A stretch of 64,000 nucleotides of DNA from Myxococcales bacterium (GTDB lineage: Bacteria; Myxococcota_A; Polyangia; Polyangiales; Polyangiaceae), in the NCBI GenBank assembly GCA_043747615.1, contig JAYTOU010000066.1:25336-89335 (forward strand). The letters run 5' to 3'. The position numbers and the translations under genes were made by a program. Under the pieces are notes generated by a model that saw nothing but the letters and a program-made list of their open reading frames with translations, did not search any database and was not told the origin of the DNA. Shown here piece after piece: positions 44,201-52,689 of this stretch (within the stretch, counting starts at the first letter, position 1; each line of letters begins with the position of its first letter).

Positions 44201-44511
44201 AGTGCGAACAAGTGGTAGGGGAGCGTCGATCCGTCGACGTGCACTGGAACCGGCGCGCACCTCGCTTGTACGTCGGGTTGCGGCGGAATGGCGATCTCGA
44301 AGCCAGGGTTGTTCGGGTCGGGAACGAGCACCTTCATGCACACCACGTCGACCTTCTGCGGTCGATCGAAGGTGCGCACCGGCACGTTCGTCGGGGTCTG
44401 CGCGCAGCTCGCATTTCCGAGCAAATTCCCGACTCCGAAGAGCGCGGTGAGGCCGAGCGCTGCCCAGCTCCATGTGGCCTTCTTCGGACCGCTCATCTTG
44501 ATGCGACTCAT
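41224..44511 (-). CDS. Large lipoprotein, beta-propeller-like
   Basis: Lipobox NASC; YVTN-like blades (VGALPTDVAVTPDG, LYVADDG, LAVVDGSSQGL). Confidence 0.8.
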   Translation of the reverse strand: MSRIKMSGPKKATWSWAALGLTALFGVGNLLGNASCAQTPTNVPVRTFDRPQKVDVVCMKVLVPDPNNPGFEIAIPPQPDVQARCAPVPVHVDGSTLPYHLFALVTQTTRGEIAVVDLTSGAVIDTDHATPGINFLPVGALPTDVAVTPDGALTFVATAETNKPAIYALANRDILGDSQGLPSDQTRPVPKLTSWPVCALPQSPGPIAVIPMLPSPAATGGADAGADAGGGASAPGYTLAVVLPGDGVRSAKVVTIDPTPFLRGANLDRSFGTTVAPGSLVACPITGAIEITGDLPPEFAGGPAWDDGVKYVDGGVALAADAAPPAAASCATTAPGDAGSDGPAAADAGSTFPHVPHKAPHATSAARDGQMLYVADDGVPLIHVIDLSSGVPRELPPLLATSVIDPARKISVSQVAVSPATRDYRRYLYALDKKEGSIIVYDITDGANSPRVPLLRPHPELNPFQPPDRIVFNAPVAALSFVRHDFPLLKEQTVSLTSALTGLQCNPNPNVGVDQGPFTDPGAFYRANVANQEALLGPLRLRGIFALVTLSSGQIVTIDIDDWDAPCRRPDPMDAPISAVAPAEPTPSSSTDFDPYHVPAAFQRNAGGVTTPVSLEAFFPVSAPNRPRSANLLRRDPLQGVHIPNLVGLPQLFASNAPLPTAGEAGLRNPIMLPTTTTLADPSYIKDPTIPDPTLRELVFIDPTVSQKLGAQDPQLSRPVPTASPSVRFGFEDPQVHIDQDWNVTYEGRLPGFEGNATTTLVAQMGTIDNYQSLNLTVPNGLLCRRGVEDFRLGTERANREIAAFQAAGLVAPKRLDHRLSDFVQIADNLLPPDDPYWAEEGNDCWDPQQQGTAQARHDTCLASFGPADDQTTLTASRDFPILEASDDHLVVGRFGQPNNSTAVSEREVVSRDPGNAAFLKVLRCCFHHQVSFHVRTGGQWLTTGSSVGHLHHVTTSASGACVQSCSSRESLLNSRAPALPRTVGDLTKLIPPDRNSPLAMRNPMFAFLMWNGSTVGEAGQLVDATPTRDLIWKFTVRGQFAPLTINLAATTTALSPQSMLFIDSLQQLAVVDGSSQGLILIDLNTVAAAHAPYF

Positions 44512-46247
44512 TGCGAGCCCTTCGGGGAGGTGGGCTCGGAGAGCGTGTAGACGATGTTCTCGAACGTGGTCTTGTCGGTCCGCGAGTTGTCGAGATCGAC
44601 GACTTGCATGAACGAATTGGTGAAGCTCGCGACGTACGCGAAGCGGTATTTTTTTAGCTCGATGTCGGGCTCTCGGGTGTCCGTTGGAACGCGCGCCCGC
44701 AGAGCAACGTCTTTGAACGAGAAAGGATCGAAGCCCAGTGCAAAGGGTCCCGCACCGACGTGAATGATGTTCTCCACCGCCCCCACTTCAGGGTCGTAGA
44801 TGAAGATGGTCGCCGAATCGAAGCAGACGATGAACACGCGCAGCGAGTAGTTGCCGTCGCGGTCGACGATGGGCGCGAGGTAGAGACGCGAAGGCCCGAA
44901 GGACAGCGGCACGTTCCCGAACACCACGAGGCGATCGGCGTCGTACGTGCCGTCGCCCGCCGCGGAAGGCTCACCGACCTCGCCGAGGAGCATCGACGCA
45001 GGCGTGCGATTCGCGATGAACACGCGCGCTGGCAATCGCGCGCAGGCGATCATATCGGCTTCCACGTCGCCCGCGCTGCGTGGCGGTTTCGCCCCCGGAT
45101 CGACCGGAAGCACCGCCCCTTGGCAAGCGAGGCGCGGCGTGGGATCGATCACGATTCCCCTAGAATCCGAGCCTCCCGCGTTCGCCGTGAGACCGAACGT
45201 CGACTCCTTCACCAGGTAGGGCCGAAGAAGCGAAGACTGCGTCGCGCTTCCCTGATCGGAGTAGTAACGCAAGAGATCGAGCTCGGGCGTCGTGCGACTG
45301 GTCTGAAGAAACGCGGGCCGTGGCGGCGAAGTTCCTGCGAAGGCGAGCGGGTCGTGCGGGATCGCGGTGATGCCGTTGCCGCCGGTGGGCAGCCCGTCGA
45401 CCACGAACTGGAGCGCGGGGGATGTGGGCGGACCGGCATCGCAGGTGAGGGTGCCATTGTCGGAGCTGCAGGGAGGAAGCCCGGTCGACAGGAGGCTGGT
45501 CTTGGTGTCGTTCTGGTGGGTGATGGCGATCGCGGTTCCGTCTTCGCTCTGCGCCATGCCGAACGGCTCGCCGGGCATCGCGATCTTGCGCGTGTTGTTC
45601 GGCTCCTCCGGGTTATTTCCGGCGTGGTGCGCGGCGTCGCAGCGATTGTTCACGCGCGTGCCGCAATCGAGAGCCCATGGCAGATACGGGGCCGTCGGAT
45701 CTTTCGGCGGCGGCGTGACCGAGTCATCGGGCTGAACGTCGATCCACGTGAGCGAGGCATCTCCGCGCACCGGCATGAAGAGCCGATTGCTCGCGTGCGA
45801 GAGCTGAAGATCGGTGGCAAACGCGCCGATGATCGCGGAGTCGCGGACATAGACTTTGGAATCGACCGGCGGCGCGCAGGTCTGGCCAAGCGGCTGACGA
45901 ACGCCGGAGCCATTCTCTTCGAAGAGCGGCGGGGTGTTCGGACACTCGCCCTTCACCCCGGGGCGCAGGAGCGGCAGCGCGGGATCGGTCGGATCATTGA
46001 TCGCGAGAACGGCGTGCCTGCGGATCAATTGCAGGTCGTAGGACTGCACCGTCCCGCCGTTCCACTGCAGATCGAAGTCCGAGTTGACGACGTAAAGGAC
46101 GGAGCCGCCGCGCGACACGGTTACCCCCACGGGAAAATAAAAGCTCTTGCTCGGTGGGTCGGTGCCGTCACCCGCCGAGTAGCATGCTGAGAGGCCGAGC
46201 GACGCTGCGACGACCGAAATCAAGACCTGGTGCCGCCGAGGCGTCAT
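44508..46247 (-). CDS. Lipoprotein, beta-propeller-like
   Basis: Lipobox LSAC; LYVVNSDFDL, VFIANR, VGAGPFAL, AYVASF; ATGA overlap with the next gene. Confidence 0.8.
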   Translation of the reverse strand: MTPRRHQVLISVVAASLGLSACYSAGDGTDPPSKSFYFPVGVTVSRGGSVLYVVNSDFDLQWNGGTVQSYDLQLIRRHAVLAINDPTDPALPLLRPGVKGECPNTPPLFEENGSGVRQPLGQTCAPPVDSKVYVRDSAIIGAFATDLQLSHASNRLFMPVRGDASLTWIDVQPDDSVTPPPKDPTAPYLPWALDCGTRVNNRCDAAHHAGNNPEEPNNTRKIAMPGEPFGMAQSEDGTAIAITHQNDTKTSLLSTGLPPCSSDNGTLTCDAGPPTSPALQFVVDGLPTGGNGITAIPHDPLAFAGTSPPRPAFLQTSRTTPELDLLRYYSDQGSATQSSLLRPYLVKESTFGLTANAGGSDSRGIVIDPTPRLACQGAVLPVDPGAKPPRSAGDVEADMIACARLPARVFIANRTPASMLLGEVGEPSAAGDGTYDADRLVVFGNVPLSFGPSRLYLAPIVDRDGNYSLRVFIVCFDSATIFIYDPEVGAVENIIHVGAGPFALGFDPFSFKDVALRARVPTDTREPDIELKKYRFAYVASFTNSFMQVVDLDNSRTDKTTFENIVYTLSEPTSPKGSQ

Positions 46248-46293
46248 TTCCGGCGCAGGGTAGTCACGTCGCCGGAGCGTGTCTACCGCCCCG

Positions 46294-46461
46294 TCAAAGC
46301 TCGAGGATAATCACTCCGCGATGCACGTCGGCGTCATCGGGGGGAGCGTCGATGCGAGGCCGCGGGCGCGGCGATTCGATCTCGAGCTGCGGTTGCTCGT
46401 AGCGGGCACGCTCTTCTTCTTCGCGCTTTCGAATCTGGTCAATGATGAACGGAGGTAGCAT
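46294..46461 (-). CDS. Small 55-aa protein
   Basis: GAGGAGG RBS then MLPPFIIDQIRKREEEERARYEQPQLEI...RGVIILEL. Confidence 0.75.
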   Translation of the reverse strand: MLPPFIIDQIRKREEEERARYEQPQLEIESPRPRPRIDAPPDDADVHRGVIILEL

Positions 46462-46519
46462 GGGAACGTCCTCCTCGAGGTTGAGGGGAAAAAAGCGAGC
46501 CAGATTCCTCTCCCAAATA

Positions 46520-46534
46520 TTTAGCGACGCTAAA
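46520..46534. promoter_or_regulatory. Perfect palindrome, candidate operator
   Basis: TTTAGCG-A-CGCTAAA in an AT-richer divergent intergenic region. Confidence 0.45.
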
Positions 46535-46698
46535 GCTGGGGTCAAGACTTTGCCCGCGCTTTCACGCTGATCAGGTTGGAAAGCCATGGAGACCTCATAG
46601 GAATCCTTGGACCCCGGGATCCGATCGTCAATGTGGGCAAGCGTGCGCAATTTCTTCGACAAGGCGCGTCATCGACAGGCTTGATAGCCTAGCTGCGG

Positions 46699-48003
46699 AT
46701 GCGCATTCTTCGAACTTTCCTGCTCTTTTTGGCGCTCCTTCTGTGCCAACGGGACGCGAAAGCGGAGGCTTTCGATGTATCGAGCAGCGACTGGGAGGGT
46801 TGCGCCGATTTCGTGCGCCTTGCCAGGGAAGAGCTGGGCGATGCGCGCATCATTCCCACCTCGCGACTCGATCTGGCTGATTTGAAACGGGAGGACGGGA
46901 TTATCCTGCTTCACCCGGAGAAAACGCTCGATTCGGGGAGCCTCGCTCGTTTCATGAAGTCGGGCGGGCGCGTCATCCTCCTCGACGACTTCGGCTCTGG
47001 CGACGGGTTACTCGAGCATTTTGGAATGGCGCGGGTCCCCGTGCCGACCCACCCCGCAGAGGCGCTGCGAAACAATCCCCAGCTTGCGATCGCCTCACCC
47101 GCGGGGCCGCATCCGGTCGTCGTCGATGTCACGCGCGTCGTGACGAACCACGCCACTGGCCTCAAGCACCCCGATCTCTCCCCCGTCCTCAAAATAAAAG
47201 CGGCCAACGGTGAGCCGGACGTCCTCATCGCCGTGGCGGGAGCGGTCAGCCAGGGGCGGCTCCTTGCCGTGGGCGATCCGTCGATCGTGATCAACGCGAT
47301 GCTCAGGTACCCCGGCAACAAGACCTTTGCGCGAGCGATCGTGCGCTACGCCGGAGACGACGACGTCTGGGGCAAACGCACGGGGCGGATCTTCATCTTG
47401 AACGGCAACTTTGAGCAGAAGGGCGCCTTTGGAGACGAATCGACGCTCGCGACCGAGTGGAGCGAGCGTGTTCGCGCCTTTGAAGACGCACTTGCTGCAA
47501 CCCGGAGCGAAGGGGTCTCTTCCGCGATGGCCTATTTTTTAGCGGTGGCGGTGGCCTTGGGGATCATCATCTGGGTTGGGTCGACGGCGGGCAGAACGCA
47601 TCATCCCGTCGTCCCCCGCTTCACGCGCGGTATCTCACTCTCGGCGCAGGGAGGCGTTGCTGGGCACGCCGCGGTCATCGCGGGCGATCGCACCTCGCGC
47701 GCTCTGGCCATGCTCGAGTGGAAGAGCGCGCTCGAGGAAGAGCTGTGCGGTCTGCTTGGTCTCGAGGTCGCACCGGCGCACGACGTGCTGGCCTCCCAGG
47801 TCGCAGCGGCCGGACTGCTCGACACGCAAGGGTTGCACGCACTTCGTCAGCTTCTGCTACGAATGGCGAGCATCGAGACCGTGATTTTGTCTCGGCGTCA
47901 GGGTGCGATGGGCAAGATTGCGGACGTTGAAGTAGTGGTGACTGCTCGAACGATTCGAGACCTCTTGCAGCGCGCACGCGCCCGGAGTGCACGCGTCGGA
48001 TGA
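46699..48003 (+). CDS. DUF4350-like exported/membrane protein
   Basis: Signal peptide, FMKSGGRVILLDD, GRLLAVGDPSIVINAML, TM helix; upstream of moxR. Confidence 0.75.
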   Translation: MRILRTFLLFLALLLCQRDAKAEAFDVSSSDWEGCADFVRLAREELGDARIIPTSRLDLADLKREDGIILLHPEKTLDSGSLARFMKSGGRVILLDDFGSGDGLLEHFGMARVPVPTHPAEALRNNPQLAIASPAGPHPVVVDVTRVVTNHATGLKHPDLSPVLKIKAANGEPDVLIAVAGAVSQGRLLAVGDPSIVINAMLRYPGNKTFARAIVRYAGDDDVWGKRTGRIFILNGNFEQKGAFGDESTLATEWSERVRAFEDALAATRSEGVSSAMAYFLAVAVALGIIIWVGSTAGRTHHPVVPRFTRGISLSAQGGVAGHAAVIAGDRTSRALAMLEWKSALEEELCGLLGLEVAPAHDVLASQVAAAGLLDTQGLHALRQLLLRMASIETVILSRRQGAMGKIADVEVVVTARTIRDLLQRARARSARVG

Positions 48004-48968
48004 ACGCCGTTGCCACGAGCGAAGTCGCCGCCGCCAAAGAGCGGATGGAGCATCTCCGGAAGGAGGTTGCGCGCGCGTACATCGGATCTCCGCGGGCCCT
48101 TGAGCTCATGCTCGTGGCGCTTCTCGCGCGCGGCCACGTGCTCCTCGAAGGTGTGCCGGGCATCGCAAAGACGACGCTCGTAAAGGCGTTCGCGACCGCC
48201 CTCGGTTGCTCGTCGCGGCGCATCCAGTTCACGCCGGACCTCTTGCCGGCAGACATCACGGGCACGTACGTGCTGTCCCCGAAAGACGGCGTGTTTTCCC
48301 TCCGCGCGGGGCCCGTGTTCGCGAACGTCGTGCTCGCCGATGAGATCAACCGAGCGCCCGCAAAGACGCAGTCAGCGCTGCTCGAGGCGATGCAAGAGCG
48401 TCAGGTGACGATCGAAGGCGACCGCTTCGAGCTGCCTCTGCCGTTCCTCGTTCTCGCCACCCAGAATCCAATTGACCTCGAAGGCACCTACCCGCTTCCC
48501 GAGGCGCAGATCGATCGCTTCCTCATTCGGGTCGCGATGACCTACCCGCAGGCGCGCGAAGAAGCGCAGATGGTGAAGACGTACGGCACCGAGCCGCCCG
48601 TGATTCGCGCGATCCTCTCGCCAACCGACGTGGCATCCCTCCAGGAGATCACCGCGCGCATTCACGTCGAAGACGACCTCTACGACTATGCCGTGGGCAT
48701 CTGCACGTTCACACGCTCGCATCCGCGCGTCATTCTCGGTGCGAGCCCACGAGCCACGCTTGGCCTCGTTCAGGCGGCCAAAGGGTACGCGCTCTTGAAC
48801 GGTCGGCCGTTCATCGCGCCCGACGACATCCGCGCCGTGGCGCCGGGCGTTCTTGCCCACCGTCTGGTGCTGAACAGCGACTCGGACCAGGACGCGAAGC
48901 TTCGCATCCACATCATCGAAGAAGCGCTCTCCAAAGTCGGCTACCGTCGCGGCGTCCGCGCGCTCTAG
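48000..48968 (+). CDS. moxR: MoxR family AAA+ ATPase
   Basis: GVPGIAKT, RIQFTPDLLPAD, DEINRAPAKTQSALLEAM, EGTYPLPEAQIDRF. Confidence 0.95.
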   Translation: MNAVATSEVAAAKERMEHLRKEVARAYIGSPRALELMLVALLARGHVLLEGVPGIAKTTLVKAFATALGCSSRRIQFTPDLLPADITGTYVLSPKDGVFSLRAGPVFANVVLADEINRAPAKTQSALLEAMQERQVTIEGDRFELPLPFLVLATQNPIDLEGTYPLPEAQIDRFLIRVAMTYPQAREEAQMVKTYGTEPPVIRAILSPTDVASLQEITARIHVEDDLYDYAVGICTFTRSHPRVILGASPRATLGLVQAAKGYALLNGRPFIAPDDIRAVAPGVLAHRLVLNSDSDQDAKLRIHIIEEALSKVGYRRGVRAL

Positions 48969-51031
48969 TCGACCTTGCGGATGCTGAGCCCGACGGCTTC
49001 GAGGCTTGCGCCTTTCTTGGCGCGGAGGCCGATGTCGCCGTGGGCAACGGAGGGCGGAAGGGTCGCCTTCAACACAATGGCTCCGATGAGCGCTTCGATC
49101 TTCGTGCCTTTCACCGTCAGCTTCACGTGGTAGCCCGCGGCGAGCGGGAGCTCCTGCGTTGGCGTGAGATCAACCTCTACCCCGGCATCGTCGCTCAGCC
49201 GAAGAACGGCGCGCGGTGGGGAGCTTGGAATGATCACGAGCGAGACCCCGCGAAAGACCTCTTTTACCGGGGCAGCGCGGACCACGAGCCCCGACTCGCC
49301 TTCCGCACGCAGGTCGGTCTCGATGACCACGTCGTCCGCGGGCGAAGGCGTGGCAATGGCGTCGAAGCCCTTCTCTCCCATCCCGACCACGCGCACGCGC
49401 GCACCCGACGCCATGCCCGCGCGGGGACGCCCTTGCATACGCACGAAGACGCGACCAGCGTCGTTCCAGGAGATGCCGTCGTTCACGGGGACGCGGGCCG
49501 TTGGGAGCATTGCAAACGTCACCGGAGTGCCGTCGCGCCGCACTGCGGTGACCGCGCCGGAGTCGCCGCGCGTCAGCTCCCACCGGTGACCGGAGAGCGC
49601 GAAGCTGGTGACCGGTCCGTTCGGGGCTAAGCGGACTCCCGTGAGGAGAGTGGTCTCCGTCGCACCGGTATCGGCTCGTGGCTTTCCGAGAGCGATGGCG
49701 AGGCCGTCGGCACCTGCTGCCGAGCTCACTCCGACCTGCGGCGTGACGACACCGGGGGCAAACGCAGCGAGCACACCAAGGGCGTCGCTCAAGATCGCCG
49801 CCGACTCCGGATGGAGCGACAGAAAGCGGGCGAACGCGAGATCGAGGGTGCGCGGCGCATCCGTCACGAGAAGCTCGAGGGCCGAAGCGAGCGCCGCCTC
49901 AGCGGTCACCTTCGCAGGCTTCCCCAGGAGCAACTTCGAGTCTCCGGCTACCGCGCGCACGTCCCGCTCGGCTTGCACGCGGAGATCCCCCCGGTTGTCG
50001 AGCGCGCGCTTCACGGCAACGGTCGCGAGCTCGAGCGCCAGGCTCGAGGCGGCCGCGTCGGTCGGGCCGGGATCCACTTCGTCACCGAAGGGCGACACGC
50101 CGACCGGCGCTGGCGGAAGTATCTTCACCATCAGCACCTGGCCTCGCGCATGAAAGACGGGCGCGTCGCCTTCGCTGCTCGTCGGAGGGCCAAAGTAAAT
50201 CGCTTCCGCGTCGAGACGCGCCGCAGGCAGACGCCCGAGCACGCCACGAATTCGTTCGATCTCTCCCGAGCCTGCTTTCCCCGAATCGAGGACGAGCATC
50301 CCCAGCTCGATCATGAACGCACGCCGGGCTCCGGTGAGGGTGAGGCGATCAGCGACATCGACGCGCCACGTGGCCGACGGACTCATCAGATCGGCGAGTG
50401 CGAGCTGCAGCTGCGCACGGACCCGGGTGACCAACGGAGTGAGCGGCACGTCCGATTTCAGCCAGCGCGGATTGTGCTCGATGTGCGCCGCGACGGCCGT
50501 CGCACAGTCTTCGTACGCTTGGAGCGAAATTCCCGTCTGCGGTTCGACGCCGATTCCCCGACGCGGCCCGGTGTTGGCGATGGCGGAGTCGACGAACGCA
50601 TAAATGCGGGTGAGCTCGGCGATGGAATCGGGATGCGCGTCGAGATCTTCCGGTCTGTTGTACTTTACAAGTATCTGGTTTGCCCGGGCGAGGACCCCGC
50701 GAACGACGGCGACGGCAAGGACGGAGCGCGACGGCACGGAAGCGCCTCCAAAGACGACCTCGCGAAGGAAGACTGCGCGCAGATCGCTGAAGACGAGCGG
50801 ACCAAGCGCAACCTGAAGCGCGGTTGCGGACTCCTCGGCGGCGAGGTCGGGGCGAGCGATGAGGGCGCGCACCCGTTCCGCGTTGAGAGGCTGCGCTGTC
50901 CCGACGTATTGGTTGACCTGTGCGGTCTCACCCGAGGTGAGCGCGGCGCTGGCCGGCCTCTCGCTCCCCGCGAGAAGAGCCAGGAACCCCGCCCCAACGA
51001 ACAGCTTTGCCAAGGCACGTGCGCGTTTCAC
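48965..51031 (-). CDS. Exported hypothetical protein with C-terminal concanavalin/DUF1080-like domain
   Basis: Signal peptide; helical N-part; C-terminal SGLVVRA...YHVKLTVKGTKI...GDIGL. Confidence 0.65.
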   Translation of the reverse strand: MKRARALAKLFVGAGFLALLAGSERPASAALTSGETAQVNQYVGTAQPLNAERVRALIARPDLAAEESATALQVALGPLVFSDLRAVFLREVVFGGASVPSRSVLAVAVVRGVLARANQILVKYNRPEDLDAHPDSIAELTRIYAFVDSAIANTGPRRGIGVEPQTGISLQAYEDCATAVAAHIEHNPRWLKSDVPLTPLVTRVRAQLQLALADLMSPSATWRVDVADRLTLTGARRAFMIELGMLVLDSGKAGSGEIERIRGVLGRLPAARLDAEAIYFGPPTSSEGDAPVFHARGQVLMVKILPPAPVGVSPFGDEVDPGPTDAAASSLALELATVAVKRALDNRGDLRVQAERDVRAVAGDSKLLLGKPAKVTAEAALASALELLVTDAPRTLDLAFARFLSLHPESAAILSDALGVLAAFAPGVVTPQVGVSSAAGADGLAIALGKPRADTGATETTLLTGVRLAPNGPVTSFALSGHRWELTRGDSGAVTAVRRDGTPVTFAMLPTARVPVNDGISWNDAGRVFVRMQGRPRAGMASGARVRVVGMGEKGFDAIATPSPADDVVIETDLRAEGESGLVVRAAPVKEVFRGVSLVIIPSSPPRAVLRLSDDAGVEVDLTPTQELPLAAGYHVKLTVKGTKIEALIGAIVLKATLPPSVAHGDIGLRAKKGASLEAVGLSIRKVD

Positions 51032-51046
51032 GCTGCCAATGTAGCT

Positions 51047-51616
51047 CTACGGCCCCGCGCTGTCCGGGATCTCGACTCGCACGGCGTACGTTTCCCCGTG
51101 ACGGTTCAGCGAGCCGTGAAGTGTTTTGCTCCCACGACCGAGGGCGCGGGTGATCGCGGTGCTGGCGGAGTCGACGTCGGGCGTGGGCTCGCCTTCGATC
51201 GCCGTCACCACGTCTCCGTCTTCGAGCCCCACTCCGAGCGGGCTGATTCCGAAGAGAGCGACGCCGGCAATCGCCCCGTGAGCGGGTACGACGCGCACGC
51301 TCTTGGACTTGATCGCACGGGCCGCAGCCTGCCCGGTGATGAAGATGACGCGCGGCGCGCTCCCGTCCCTCCGAGCACGCCTGCCGATGTATTTTCCGGA
51401 CGACCCGTTCGGCGAAGGCGTGGGCTCGCTGGGATCGGCAAGGGCCTCGAGCTCGCGGCTCGCACCTGCGTCTCCGAGATCTGGATTGGGCGCGAGCGCA
51501 GCGACCTCTCCAAAGGCTCGGGCAAACCTGTCCGCCATGCGCGGAAGAAGGACGTGCCCCCCGATCGCCACGAGGACGAACGGGAGGCCAAGCAAAAAAG
51601 CGCGCGCCGCGGTCAA
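51047..51616 (-). CDS. Membrane-anchored PDZ-like protein
   Basis: N-terminal TM, GLEDGDVVTAIEG PDZ signature. Confidence 0.65.
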   Translation of the reverse strand: MTAARAFLLGLPFVLVAIGGHVLLPRMADRFARAFGEVAALAPNPDLGDAGASRELEALADPSEPTPSPNGSSGKYIGRRARRDGSAPRVIFITGQAAARAIKSKSVRVVPAHGAIAGVALFGISPLGVGLEDGDVVTAIEGEPTPDVDSASTAITRALGRGSKTLHGSLNRHGETYAVRVEIPDSAGP

Positions 51617-51633
51617 CGCGCTCGATCGCTCGC

Positions 51634-52554
51634 TCAGGGCTTGGACGCGTCTTTCGTCAGATCGCTCTTCGAGTCGGCGGCCTTCTTGGCCACTTCTTTC
51701 TTCGCGTCGTTCTTCTTGGGGGCGTCTTTCTTGGAGACGTCTTTTTTGGAGTCATCGGATTTGACGAGCTTGGAGACGTCCTTCTTGGAGTCGTCCTTTG
51801 CAGCGCTCGAGACGTCGGCGGTCGAGACATCGTCGCTCGATGCGTCGTCGTCTTCGTCGTCATCGTCATCGTCATCGTCATCATCCTGATCTTCGAGATC
51901 AGGCAGCGACACTTCCGAGGGAGGGAGCGGACGGCCTTCTTTTTCCGCCTGCTGGCGGGCTTTCTCGGCCGCGATCTTCGCCTGCGCGACCTTCTGCATG
52001 ATGGCCGGCTTGGGGGCGATGAGAACCGTCATCGTCCGCGCTTCCATCATCGCGCGCGTCTCGACGTTGGCGAGATCTTCGGTGCCTTGGGTCAAGAGCA
52101 CGATCTGCTCCTGGGCTTTTTCGGGGTGGGTGATCTCACGACCGCGGAAACGGACGGTGACCTTCACTTTGTGACCGGCTTCGAGGAATCGACGCGCTGC
52201 GCGGATCTTGAACGCCACGTCGTGATCGTCCGTCTTCGGACGAAGCTTGATCTCTTTGATCTCGACGACGGTCTGCTTGCGCTTGGCCTCGGCGGTCTTC
52301 TTCTTCTCTTCGTATTTGTACTTGCCGAAGTCGAGGATCTTGCAGACCGGTGGATCGGCCTTGGGGTTCACCTCCACGAGATCGAGGCCACTCTCTTGGG
52401 CCATCTTCATCGCTTCGTGGGTTTGAAGGACACCCAGCATCGATCCGTCCGCGCCGATGACTCGGACCTCCGGAACGCGAATGCGGTGATTGACTCGTAT
52501 CTGAAATCCGCGCTGCTGCTGGCGCGGGTCGAAGCGGGGGCGGCCCATTGACAT
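51634..52554 (-). CDS. infC: Translation initiation factor IF-3 with long charged C-terminal extension
   Basis: NHRIRVPEVRVI, PPVCKILDFGKYKYE, KEIKLRP, KVKVTVRFRGRE; follows thrS. Confidence 0.96.
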   Translation of the reverse strand: MSMGRPRFDPRQQQRGFQIRVNHRIRVPEVRVIGADGSMLGVLQTHEAMKMAQESGLDLVEVNPKADPPVCKILDFGKYKYEEKKKTAEAKRKQTVVEIKEIKLRPKTDDHDVAFKIRAARRFLEAGHKVKVTVRFRGREITHPEKAQEQIVLLTQGTEDLANVETRAMMEARTMTVLIAPKPAIMQKVAQAKIAAEKARQQAEKEGRPLPPSEVSLPDLEDQDDDDDDDDDDEDDDASSDDVSTADVSSAAKDDSKKDVSKLVKSDDSKKDVSKKDAPKKNDAKKEVAKKAADSKSDLTKDASKP

Positions 52555-52689
52555 TGTGTTAACCGTAACCTCCTGAAAATGGTTGGCGAGAGCGCACGAA
52601 TATAGCCTTCAATGATCCAAGCGCGTCAACGGACGAAGGCGAAAAAGAGCATTTTGTCCCTCGGCGGCTGTGGCGAGAGGCCGGTCTCC

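Noticed and set aside
46535..46575. c-di-GMP-I riboswitch-like GCGT-GAAA-GCGC-GG-GCAAAG on the minus strand
   Set aside because: Upstream GGCAAA element and P3 receptor stem are missing.
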